64,000 nucleotides of DNA from Nemertoderma westbladi (taxonomy: Eukaryota; Animalia; Xenacoelomorpha): contig JAUCBJ010002302.1 in the NCBI GenBank assembly GCA_032718475.1, positions 1-64,000 on the forward strand. The letters run 5' to 3'. The position numbers were made by a program, and so were the translations under genes. The notes under the pieces are model-generated. The model made no database searches. It was not told the DNA's origin and was given only the letters and a program-made list of their open reading frames with translations. This document shows positions 12,401 through 23,490 of the stretch, piece after piece (position 1 is the stretch's first letter; each line of letters opens with the position of its first letter).

Positions 12401-12542
12401 CTCGGTTACGGATTCGGTAAATTTAGCAGTGCACGGATCCGCAGATTACACCCTAAAAATGTAAATTCAGTCGACTTCCATAGGGACAATGTTAAATGAT
12501 AGAATCCGGATCCTGATCCGGATCCGCGTTTTACTCTGACCC
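9447..12542 (+). mobile_element. Foldback-type MULE/Mutator-like non-autonomous transposon with tandem-repeat TIR arms
   Basis: Ends GGGTAGGTGTAAAACGCGGATCC and (reverse complement) GGGTCAGAGTAAAACGCGGATCC. Perfect 9-bp TSD CACTAGCTA (9438-9446 and 12543-12551). Arms of about 1.1-1.2 kb are built from 53-bp tandem units in opposite orientation, around a unique core (about 10690-11450). Confidence 0.9.
11186..11368 (+). pseudogene. Short ORF in the MULE core, possible N-terminal remnant of the element's gene
   Basis: MDDSDDFVKVPF...EKKKTRKVRKPRK (NLS-like), preceded by ATTGG (about 11011) and TATTTAA (about 11099). Conserved in the second copy at 46332. Confidence 0.4.
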
Positions 12543-12699
12543 CACTAGCTACCATAAAAAATAAATTTATTTTTTGGGAGGCTAACCCCACATCAGCTGC
12601 AAAGTGAGTTTGTTTGTAACTCTTGTGAGTGCTATCGAGTGCCTTGGGGTACCTGCCACATAGCAGGAACACTCACGAATGTTTATCTATATATATATA

Positions 12700-13829
12700 T
12701 ATTATCTAATAGAGAATTTGACTCTTACAAAATAGTAAATATTAACCGTAGGGCCCCTACGCTAAAGGGAATTTTAGCTCCATCCAGTTTAACATCAAAG
12801 CAGAAGAACCAGGCAAATACACGAAGTGGGGACTTCGCGCAGCACGAAGTTGGCAGAGCCTTAGCGAATTGACACTGTTAGGGGGTAGGTCAATTTATGC
12901 AAATAGTCACGTTGGCCCTCTAGCGGCAGACTGGAGAACTGCAGATGGATTCGCCTCCTTTGAAAGTCACAGCTAATGGTATAATACATATCTGCCAAGT
13001 TTCAGCTTAAACGGATTAAAAGCAAAGAAATGGGAGGGCATTTAATGTTTAGACATGTGGCCCTCTAGCGGGAGACCATTGCACTGATGGTGTCTGAAAG
13101 TCTCTCAAAAATCTCAACTTTTGCTCATATTGATACCTACAAATTTTCAACTTGGCAGCTTTAAATCCGACAAAGTTATTAGCATGTCAAAATCGTAACG
13201 ACGACGACGACGACAACGACGACGACGACGACAACGACGACGACGACGACGACGACAACTATTTGCATAAATTGACCCACCCCCTAACAGTGTCAATTCG
13301 CTAAGGCTCCGCCAACTTCGTGGCTCGCCCCACAACACATGCTGGATCTAAAAAATGTACAAGACAGAAATGTATACCATGTGAAGCGATAAAACCAACA
13401 AAACAATTCGGATTAACCTCGACCCGTTTGAAAACTAAATATGAAATTAAACAGCGCCTTACCTGTGATGACAAAGATATAATATATTTAGCAAAATGTA
13501 AAATATGTAACTTACAAGGAATCGGATCAACAGAAACATTTAAACCAAGGCTATCACAATATAAGTGTAATATAAAGAATCATAAGCCACAAACGACTAT
13601 AGAGAAACATTTTTGTAAAAATGAAAACCATGATTTTTCGCATTTCGAAATAACACCCATTGAAAAGGTTCATTACAAAGGCAGGGGAAAGAAAGATCAG
13701 CGACGGGAGATCCGTACAAGGGAAGGATACTGGCAGTGCACCTTAAGAACAATCAAGCCATTTGGTCTCAACACTATAAATGAAGCGGTTTGCAATAATT
13801 TCGGCTTAGACGTATTTAATCCAGATTAG
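12700..13829 (+). mobile_element. Penelope-like retroelement, 5'-truncated GIY-YIG endonuclease region, interrupted by an insertion
   Basis: Removing 12823-13338 joins RRAPTLKGILAPS...NQANT to HAGSKKCTRQKCIPC...LTCDDKDIIYLAKCKIC.LQGIGST..FKPRL...HF...H...IE...RE.YW...L.TIKPFGLN, which is the Penelope CxxC/GIY-YIG/GLN pattern. Confidence 0.88.
12823..13334 (-). mobile_element. Helentron-associated (HINE/DINE-like) non-autonomous element inserted in the Penelope ORF
   Basis: About 65-bp subterminal inverted repeats (12843-12907 vs 13258-13322), (ACG)n microsatellite at 13198-13258, terminal hairpin ACTTCG-CGCAGCA-CGAAGT, and GTGGGG/CCCCAC ends. ACAC occurs at both junctions. Confidence 0.7.
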
Positions 13830-13917
13830 AGAACTCATTATGTAGACTAATGTACAGTAGACGCTTAATTTCATGGAAACTGTAATGAATTAGCTATTTA
13901 TTTATTCAATTATTTAA

Positions 13918-13962
13918 ATCACTTGAAAAAGAAATATTATATTATTTCGAAAGCTTGTGTAA
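13918..13962 (+). ncRNA. Minimal type I hammerhead-ribozyme-like motif at the Penelope 3' end
   Basis: CAC-TTGAAAAA-GAAATA(ttatat)TATTTC-GAAA-GCTT-GTG: stem I CAC/GTG, stem II GAAATA/TATTTC, palindromic AAGCTT, with a variant CUGANGA core. Lies about 90 nt after the GIY-YIG stop codon. Confidence 0.6.
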
Positions 13963-14950
13963 TTTTTTATAATTTTTATTTAACGTGGTTGATCTTGGTT
14001 TCCTTACAATTATATTTATATATTTTATTTTATATTATCTAATATATGTATCTCGTCTGAATGTACAATCAATTACATAAGTATATAGCTTCGGCACTAT
14101 AAACTGCTTCAAGGGAATAAAGTAATATTTACGTGTAAACCGTTCCGTTATGTTGTGTTGTCGGCGGGTAAATGTACGTGTGACTTATATATATTACAGG
14201 TAGGACACTATGTTGGACCTAGTGCGTGGTAGGCGCACAGTTCACTCGTACTGCACGCATCATAGTATCGATAGATTATAGTTACAAGTTGAGGAATACT
14301 ATTGCAGTACTATGGACGCACACACTCGCACTAAATGAACCGAATATATTACAGACAGGGCGCAGTCAGCACTAACCGTGTGGAAATCAAGTTGGTGTGA
14401 TCTCTGGTCTTGTATATTCATCCACAAGGTAAAGCAATAATAATAACTATAACGATAAGATTTAATGCGTAAGCAAGTAGGGTAAGTAAGGTGAAATTTC
14501 ATAGGTCCTGCTAGTTACATGACTCGTAACAGGCTTAAGATGTTATAAGGTTATGCCTAGAAAATAGCAGGATGAAATCGATTAATATACACACTATAAG
14601 AATAGAACAGCCAATAGGGCGCAAGAACATCGTAAAGTAAGGCAACAAAGGAGCTTTAGAGTTACGGCCACCGATGCTGGGCAACGGACAAACAATCTTA
14701 TCAGTGATATACAACACGGATTTGAGACGAATATTATGCGCACAGAAGTCGAATAGTTCTCTGATAAAATATAAGATTTCGACATGCAGTTAGCGTGTGC
14801 AGAAAAATTTTTTCTGCGGTATATGTTCCCAAACTATTATTAAAAATTATTAAATTCAATCCAAAAAATTTTCAATTTTTGGTTATACATACCATAGTAA
14901 TGCCGGCGGAACTGACCCCCTTTTTGTAAAAGAATAACTATTTACTATAT

Positions 14951-15736
14951 TAACTATTAACTTCATTCTGTGCAAAGTAGCACTTTGCAGGGTTATGACC
15001 CGAGTTTATTTATGTACCGAGCGAGCGCAGCGAGGGAGGTTTACATAAATAAATAAGGGTCTTTAACGCCGAAAAGTGACCTTTGCAAGCAATGTTGTAT
15101 GAAATTTTGTTACATTATGTCAACTTATCAGCGTTCGGTATGTGAAGAAAGGAAATTATGGATGCTTATATACATGAGCCTACATACATATATGCATTAC
15201 TAATAATATATATAATATAATACTGCATATACATTAATCATGTACTACATCGAATATAAGTGAAATTTATTATTAGGTGCACAGTATTAATTATACATTT
15301 AAATCAAATTAAAGTTTATTGGAAGTTATCTCCTGCATGGATGTGATAAATCATTAATCCATCCTGACTATATTCGACTGAAGCAAACTGAGTCACCGTC
15401 TGTGTACGTCCAGTTTTACTGAACACTTTCGCCATTATCTTTGGTCATTTTAGTGTCTTCTATTGGACGTTTCGCCATAATGGATTACAGTACACGTTAA
15501 ACAATTATTTACATACAGTAGCTAGTCCCGTAACTGCAAACTGGATAATAAAGCAGCAATCATTAAAAAAAATGGAAATAATACATTCTGGAATACGGTA
15601 ATTGAAGTTGTTTCCATGTCATTGATTACTTTGCAGCTTTCCGTCCTATAGGCCGCAACGCTGCAAAGTAGTACTTTGCAGCGTTACGAGTAATTCACCA
15701 GAAGCTGTTAAGTTGACATAATGTAACAAATAGTTA
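14951..15736 (+). mobile_element. Non-autonomous element with TAACTATT...AATAGTTA ends (possibly Crypton-type), copy 1
   Basis: Internal inverted repeat TTTGTTACATTATGTCAACTTA (about 15106 and 15708-15730) and a CGAGCGCAGCGAG motif. An inverted homolog spans 15979-20310. The family assignment is inference. Confidence 0.6.
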
Positions 15737-16003
15737 TATTTTACTTTAAAATGTAAAATCAATGTACTCTTTTTTTTTCTCGATTTTTGGGTATATTCTA
15801 GCTAAAAAAAATTTAAAAATAAATAATTAATTGTATTATTAGACCAATAGCTACGCTTCCTACATAGGCCTATTACAATTTTCAAATCGTGCTGTACTGC
15901 TGTTATGGCACTACTTGCAGTATTAAATTCTAGAATAAAAAAAAAACAAGGTAGTTTTATTTTTAAATATAACATTGTTTTGTTACATTATGTCAACTTA
16001 ACA

Positions 16004-17058
16004 CAAGGTGTACTAAATAACAGGTCATGCAGCGAGCGGATTGCTGAAATTAGCGGAGGCCGATCGTTTCCCTATTTATGACACTATTTTCATAATATTT
16101 TCTTAGAAACCTCTTTGTGCTACTTTGGTTAGGTGGATATGATGACTAGGGTTCATAGCAATGTAATAAAATGTCTTTCTGGAATTTTTATCTTGTAGTT
16201 GCCAAGGTAACCGGGTGCAAAGTTCAAATTTCGAGCGCCTGTAATTCAAAACGACAAGGGATTCTGTTCTTGAGATTTGGTATATGAGTAAAGGGAATAA
16301 AAGTCTATCAAATTATTTTACATTTTAATTTTTTTTCAATCCCGTTTCCATGGTGACGGGAATTACGATAATTTCCCATTATGACCGCCAGATTGAAATT
16401 GGGCTACTATTTACTACTTATATAATTTTCAACAAACATGCCTGGTGGCTGTCCTTTATTTCTAATAATTGCTAACCGAAATTTAATATTCTGGAATGTC
16501 AAAATCATGCTATCACAGGTCTTGCTCTCTGATTGGACAGTTTAGTTTATTTGCAAATATTGACTTTTAAAAATATGATTCACAATTGACGAATTATAAA
16601 ATAAAATGTTGGCAATTTTAACTTATTATTTAGACTGACAAACCGAATAAAAATGGTGTTTTATAGAATTGGTAGACAATTTTTAAAATTTTTCATTCTA
16701 CTTATTTCCATGGCAACGGGAATGTAAACAAATTCAAATGTAAAATATTTTGATAGACTTTTATTTCCATTAATCACCTACCAAATCTCAAGGGAAGAAT
16801 CCATTGTCGCCTTGAAATACAGGCGCGCAAAGTTTGAACTTTGCACCCGGTTACCTTGGCAACTACAAGATAAAAATTCCAGAAACACATTTTATTACAT
16901 TGCTATGAATCCTAGTCATCATATCCACCTAACCAAAGTAGCACATAAGAAGTTTCTAAGGAAATATTATGAAAATAGTGTCATAAATAGGGAAACGATC
17001 GGCCTCCGCTAATTTCAGCAATCCGCTCGCTGCTTGACATGTTATTTAATACACCTTG
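16004..17058. mobile_element. P-element-superfamily foldback MITE
   Basis: Inverted arms of more than 300 bp starting CAAGGTGTA; perfect 8-bp TSD ACTTAACA (15996-16003 and 17059-17066). Confidence 0.88.
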
Positions 17059-17629
17059 ACTTAACAGCAGCGTTCTGTTGAATTACTCGTAACGCTGCAA
17101 AGTAATCAATAACATGGAAACAACTTCAATTACCGCATTCCAGAATGTATTATTTCCATTTATATTAATGCGTGATTCTTTATTCAATAAAGTAGTTGGT
17201 GTTTGCATAATGCGTGTGTCCAGTTTGCAGTGACGGGACTAGCTACTGTATGTAAATAATTGTTTAACGTGTAAGACTGTATAGGCTACCATACGTCATA
17301 TACTGTAGAAGACATTTTAGAGAAAATGAGCAAAGAAAATATGGCGACAGTGTTCAGTAAAACTGAAGGGATACAGACGGTGACTCAGTTTGCTTCAGTC
17401 GACGATGGATCAACGATTTATCACATCCATGCAGGAGATAACAACAATATACTTTAATTAGATATAAATGTAAAATTAATACTGTATACCTGTTAATAAA
17501 TTTTATTCCAAAATTGTAATATTTCTCAACGCCGTTTATATTAACAGCGAGTTGTTATTTAGCACTTTACAACTTTAGAGTACATTACAGCATTGTATTG
17601 GCCTGTACAATTAGTATTGTATTTGGTTT

Positions 17630-17720
17630 TATTGTTCACGTGGTAACCCATGACGGCGTTAAGTAATGTCCACTAAGGGGACATTACTTAACGCCGTCAT
17701 TGGATACCACGTAAACAATA
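17630..17720. repeat. Near-perfect 91-bp hairpin (42-bp stem, 7-nt loop)
   Basis: TATTGTTCACGTGGTAACCCATGACGGCGTTAAGTAATGTCC-actaagg-GGACATTACTTAACGCCGTCATTGGATACCACGTAAACAATA. Confidence 0.9.
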
Positions 17721-17938
17721 GGTGGAAATTTACCTGACAGCCAGATAGGCCTGCTGCATTACCAACCGGTAGGTGGGGTAAAGCTATTATTTACCAGTAG
17801 GGCCTAGCTATATTATTATAACATGGCTCCAAACGCCACCATAAATATAAGCAAAACTTATTAATAACATAATTTATGTCATTTTTACATTTATTTATAC
17901 AGCAACTAATATAAATTGTGCAGTTTCTATCACTTATA

Positions 17939-19966
17939 CACCATGTCATGGGATATAGTGTCGTTATTCTGGTACATGCCCCCCCCCCCTTTCGCTTTCA
18001 TTCTTTAGCTATAAACTTTTAAAAAAAGTGTCTCCGTCGATATTGCACCAGTTACACCATAGTTATTCTTCAAACTTTTAGTTTGAAGAATTGGAAGCTG
18101 GCCATGCAAGGATTCCAAATATGTGAAAATATTTGAATTTGGTTGGGAAATAGCTGAGATATTGGCATTCGAATTTTGCATGTCTTTGCTTCTGCTGCAG
18201 GCCATTTATTCGATTTAATAAATACACAATGTTCTATAACATTTTGATTTATGTATGAATATCCATATACTAGTATTATCATTTCAACTAGAAAGCCAGC
18301 AAGCTGGCTTTAAACGAACCTGCCTCTCAAACCAGTACACTGAGTGAGCAAAAATGGAAACACGAAAATTGCCATCAACTCAACAATAGAAACACCAGCT
18401 GCTGGTACTCATGTGGGCCTAGTAAGCTACTACTATTTATTGAATGGATAGCCCAAACTGCAGAGAAGTATATTACTTGCCAAATTTATTACTATCTCAC
18501 TCTAACTCAGACAGTAATCAAACATCAACTGAAGTTTGTTATTACCCCACCAGATGAATAGCTCTTCCCAGTGAATCCTATGACAAGACAATAATCTATA
18601 AGGTTACTCACTGCTATGTTAGATGGGAGGCCAGGTAATTGAATTGTTGTAAGCACTGGGCCGTTTAAATGGTTTATAGGTTGATGAGGGACCCAACTAA
18701 CACTACGTTTGTCTATATGGACGGTCTCCTTATAGCCAGCTGGCTGGCTTTTCTAGTTGAATCATATTATTCTGTAACCAAATAATTCTTTGCGAGATTG
18801 GCGATATTTGAAAAGATTCTGAGGCTCAAATATATTTCTCAAATGACTGAATAGCCCAAATAAAAAAGTTGGTGCATACTCGACGAGTTGAAATCGGTGA
18901 AATTCGACTTTAAATTTTCAAAACCGCTATTTTTCAGTGACCCCGTGATCGAAACGCCATAAAAAATATACAGTCTTGTGCGCAACCAAAATTTATGTCG
19001 AGTTTGTTATTAAAATTTTTGCGTACCTGCTTGAGTTTTTGAGATATTGGATGGTTATACAAATATATATACACACACACATAACCACATCGTGTTTTTG
19101 AACGGCTCAACTCTTGACAAGAACTACCCTGGCCTATTAATAGGCAGGTTCGTTATAATGTCTTCGGATTGTATATCCTGGCTGCGTAGACAGATAAGTT
19201 TCGCACTACTTCTGTCTAGCCTGATGTGCCTTCGGGGGTCTCGTTCAGCCTCCAAGCGTCATGTTCGCCACGCATTAGTGGAAACTTCTATACAGCTGGC
19301 GAACGCGGATACGGGGGTCGCGGTGTAAATTTGTTCTGAGTGCAGGGCTGGAGAACATTATTCAGATATTGGTATGTTAGCGGGGTTGCCTAGCACCGAC
19401 TAGTTGACGTTGTTTTTTTTAGTTTGATAATTTTTTAATTTGGTGTAATCTATTGTAAAATAATAGAAAGGTTCTGATAGAAAGGTTCTGAAAAAAAATA
19501 GAAGAAATATAAGTATTATCATTTAGGCATTGTATTGTTGCCAAGTAACTTATGAGATAAACAAAATATTGTGTATTTAATTAATAGAATAATATAGCCT
19601 GCAGTGGAAGCAAATACATGCAAATTTCGAATGCCCATATCTCAGCTATTTCCCATCCAAATTCAAATATTTTCACATATTTCGAATCCTTGCACGGCCA
19701 GCTTTCCAATAGTACCAAACAACTAAAAGTTTGAAGAATAACTATGGTGTAACTGGTGCAATATCGACGGAGACACTTTTTTTAAACGTTTGTAGCTAAA
19801 GAACGAAAGTGAAAATAAAAATTCTGGCTCACCCAGTCAGTGGTCGGGAGGTGAAACTATCTCTGTTTCAAATTTCATGCTATCTCATTAAGATTTGTAG
19901 AAAAATTGGGGGGGGGGGGGGGGGGGGATGTACCAGAATAACGACACTACATTCCAGGACATGGTG
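17939..19966. mobile_element. Tc1/mariner-type non-autonomous element
   Basis: TA|CACCATGTC...GACATGGTG|TA, with long subterminal inverted repeats (about 17990-18230 vs 19570-19810). Related fragments lie at about 20790-20960 and 22560-22830. Confidence 0.8.
18288..18756. mobile_element. Insert with hairpin+CTAG (Helitron 3'-like) termini at both ends
   Basis: Left CTAGAAAGCCAGCAAGCTGGCT; right AGCCAGCTGGCTGGCTTTTCTAG. Flanks rejoin as TTCAA|TTGAA, an A|T junction with no TSD. Confidence 0.6.
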
Positions 19967-21518
19967 TAATGTATATGTACAATCTTGCAATCGCAGTGTT
20001 CCGATCCTCGTGGCTTTATTTTCTCCCACTCACTAACGTTCGTTCGTGTAACAAAGCCACTCGGATCATCACACTGTAAAGTGCTACTTTACACACAAGT
20101 ATTTAAATAGTTATAACTTATATTCGAAATAGTACATTGTTAAAAATTTCAAATGAGCGTCCATAAAATCCTTTCTTGACATACCAAACGCTGATAAGTT
20201 GACATAATGTAACAAAATTACATACATCATTACTTGCAAAGGTCACTTTTCAGCGTAAAATACCCTTGTTTATTTATGTAAACCTCCCTCGCTGCGCTCG
20301 CTCGGTACACCTATGTTTGCTGGTTTATAAATAATTTTTTTCTGTAACCTTTTTAAAAGGTCTAGAACATAGTTCTAGAAATTTGGTATACAATAGGTCG
20401 TGAATCGTGAACAAAACATATAAATATAAGAAATGGCTACTATTATCTATTAAACATCTTGTTAAGTGATCCAGAATTTAACAATAAAACATCATGTTAT
20501 ATTGTGTATAATGTACTTTTATCTCACTTCGGTCCCTTGTTTCAATATTTCACTCTCTCGCTTCGCTCGTTCGTGTAAATATTAACACTCGGGACCGGCG
20601 TGAGATAAAGTCATACATTATACACAATATAATAAATAGTTATTATTGTTAAAACTTACATTATTTACCGCTCAGTCAATAGGCTAGCGGTAAATAATAT
20701 CTTCATTATTTACCTAGGTAAATGGGGATTATTGCTCTTGAATCAGCCAAATATGTGTATTTTATTAAATATAATAAGTGGCCTGCCCTGCAGGCTGTAT
20801 CAGATGCAAAGTTCTGCACTTTTTGAACGCCAATATCTCAGCTATTTCTCAATGACATTAATCGTTATTTACAAATTTGAAATCCTTTCAAACACACCTT
20901 TCCATTGGCATCAACAATAAGGACGATAATAATTGCGGTTCGACTGGTGCAATATTTAATTAATTATTCAACAATGATATCTTTTAATAATTATAATACA
21001 TTAATTACGATGATTTTAACAATAAAATTACATATTGTACTATAAATAAAACACGTTATTTGCCTTTTCGCCCCTCGATCTGACTTATTAACCCCCCTCG
21101 CTGCGCTCGGTCGGTAAATAACAGATCTCGGAACGAGCGGTAAATAAAGCATATTTATTTACCGTACAATAAATAGTTATTAACTATATAGGCTACGTCG
21201 TTGTTCTTAAAAGAGTACTTTATAGCTTTACGGCACGAGTGATTTTGTTTCCCGGGTGACAGCGAGACTAATAACAAAACGAGGGCCGCAAAAGTTTTGC
21301 TCGGTTTTTGGCTCGGTAACGACATGCTAAAAATTGTTGTTATAATATAAAGAGTGAATGATGATGTATTACGATGACCTTGATACTGGCTATTATTGTA
21401 TTAGTGATTACATTTTAGCAGAAATCATATAGTTCACGTGGGCCCGAAGTACAAAGACAAAGGCTTCTTAAATGACCACATGCCGAAACTCGATTTAACA
21501 AAGTTCGTAAACTATTGT

Positions 21519-22118
21519 ATGCCGAATCTAGCGGTGTGTTTCCTATTAACCACTGCAGTGTCAGCGAGACCCAGCCGTCTGCGATGGTGTCCGTACATAT
21601 CGTGCGAGCTAATCGAATGTGAACCGACGATCCCAGACTTCTGTCCTATCGATATGAACATGGCTATTAACGCAGGTGCCTGCGGATGTTGCGTGGGATG
21701 TGTTAGCGAGAGATTATTGGAAGGAGAAACCTGTGGACATAAGCTGCTGGAAGACCCGGATATAGAGGCGAGTCGTTGCGAAGCCCATTTAGTTTGCGAC
21801 GAAGCCTCTCGGACTTGTAAACCACCAGAGAATCATTTACTGACAAATTGTCAGAGGTTGTTGGAACGGTCGATGGAGTCCCAGAAAATAATGCTGCAAA
21901 TGAACAACTCGATGGCTGCCATTGCTGCGAAGGGTTTGCCCGTCTGCAACAAGGATGGCAGCTTCTCAGCAAGGCAGTGCGTTTCAAGCCGCTGTTACTG
22001 CGTAGACGATCTGGGCATTATCTTATCGGATGAAACATTCCCATTGAATAAATCAGTTGACTGTGAGTGTAGAAGGAGGAAATATCTTTCGGAATCAGAT
22101 TCTTCTGATTGTAATTGA
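21519..22118 (+). CDS. Secreted Cys-rich protein: IGFBP-N/AmFPI-like domain + thyroglobulin type-1 domain
   Basis: Signal-peptide-like MPNLAVCFLLTTAVSA; C..C...C...C...GACGCCVGC...EGETC...C...LVC...C; then TNCQ...LPVCNKDGSFSARQC..SRCYCVDDLG...VDC (QC and CYCVD motifs of TY1). Start chosen at the ATG preceding the hydrophobic leader; an in-frame upstream ATG exists at 21480. Confidence 0.8.
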   Translation: MPNLAVCFLLTTAVSARPSRLRWCPYISCELIECEPTIPDFCPIDMNMAINAGACGCCVGCVSERLLEGETCGHKLLEDPDIEASRCEAHLVCDEASRTCKPPENHLLTNCQRLLERSMESQKIMLQMNNSMAAIAAKGLPVCNKDGSFSARQCVSSRCYCVDDLGIILSDETFPLNKSVDCECRRRKYLSESDSSDCN

Positions 22119-23030
22119 GTAGGTCTGGGCTGGGGTGGCCTGCAGTTACAGTATCTTCATATTTAACAGGTGTATCTGGTGGTCCATTGAAGCAAGCACT
22201 TAATAACCACAGAGTAAAGACACAAAACTTAGTACATACTCCGAGGTCAAGTGCTGACCTCGATGAGTCACCATTTAACGGTGTTTTGAATTATACAGTA
22301 CTTGATGGTTGTTAGTATTAGTACAGGTAATTTATTTAATATACACCCTCATACTACCCATACGGGGCAATTGTAATAATGTTATTATTTAATGACATTC
22401 ATATTCCACTCGACCTCTATTAAAACTCTTCCAAGCTATAAACTCCCGCCTAATTTACAGGCTGTACACCATACAAATTTGGCGTCGTAATTGAGTGACA
22501 TGACCCCCCCCCCCCCCATACCCTTACCAAAAAATTTATGCAAAATAATCTTAATGGGAATCCATCAGTACCAACAAACAACTGTATTGTTGAAGAACAA
22601 CGTCGGTGTAACTGGTGCGATATCAATAATAGCTATGTACCTGTAAAAGTTCTTCGTGTAAAAGTACTTCGTGGCTCGCCCCACAGTATAGACTGAGGGG
22701 ACACTATTTATGTTTAAAATTTAATGCAATTTCGTTAAGATTTGTAAAAATAAAATTTCTTTTTGGGGGGTTCATTTCACTGAATCACTATTTAAAATAT
22801 ATAATCACGTATATTTCAGGACATGGTCTATAAATAGTGTAGCTCGAAGGCTTGTCAAAATACTAGCTCTTACGTTTTGGGTAATAACTTGAGTTTGAGA
22901 AAAGATAAGAGAAAACTGCTTGCAGATTTGAAATCTCCCTTAAATTCGGACCATGATAGGATAAAAAAGTTTTTTGTCAATTTCCAAAATAGGGGGAGGG
23001 GGTGCAACCCCCCTCCCCCATGCTATCCTC

Positions 23031-23288
23031 TTAACTTTCGTTTATTGTTATGGTTCCCCCAACACGCCTCTGTAACCTGCTCCTTTACTATCCTGCTCCT
23101 TTAAATGACAATGAGACTTAACGCTCTTTGTAACCTGTACAAAACAAAGAGGTAAAGTCGCGTTAGGTCCCAACAACGTTAGGTCCCACAGAGCGTTAAG
23201 TCCCATTGTCATTTAAATGAGCAGCTGTTAGTAAAGGAGCAGGTTAGAGAGGCGTGTTGGGGGAACCAAAACAATAAACGAAAGTTAA
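23031..23288. mobile_element. Foldback MITE (family with partial copies at about 2082-2136, 2222-2278, 25540-25640 and 26720-26775)
   Basis: TTAACTTTCGTTTATTGTTATGGTTCCCCCAACACGCCTCT...AACCTGCTCCTTTACTA mirrored at 23229-23288. Confidence 0.8.
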
Positions 23289-23379
23289 TGATAACCAATG
23301 GGGTCAAGGAGGGATAGGGAGTTTGGCAGACGACCTACACATCCACAAAGGGAAACCATAGTCTGACATAGATAGTGTC

Positions 23380-23490
23380 AACCATAGACTTTGAAACTCC
23401 TCAGCAAGTCTCTGACCGGATGAGCATAAGCTCAAAGGATGTATGCTTGAGCATGTGGATGACTTCTGTTAGCTGGGATCATGGATCCGG
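23380..23490 (+). mobile_element. Small fragment of the same RTE-like LINE family as 61800-64000
   Basis: ACTTTGAAACTCCTCAGCAAGTCTCTGACCGGA is nearly identical to about 63912-63944. It continues as LEHVDDFC*LGSWI, the RT C-terminal YLGS motif. Confidence 0.7.

Larger units (their letters stand above)
15979..20310 (-). mobile_element. Inverted copy 2 of the 14951-15736 element, expanded by nested insertions
   Basis: 15979-16003 plus 17067-17500 mirror 15270-15730; 20150-20310 mirrors 15015-15170. Confidence 0.65.

Noticed and set aside
19130-19420. GC-richer segment with CTGA...GAAA on the minus strand as a possible hammerhead
   Set aside because: The required stems could not be formed by eye.
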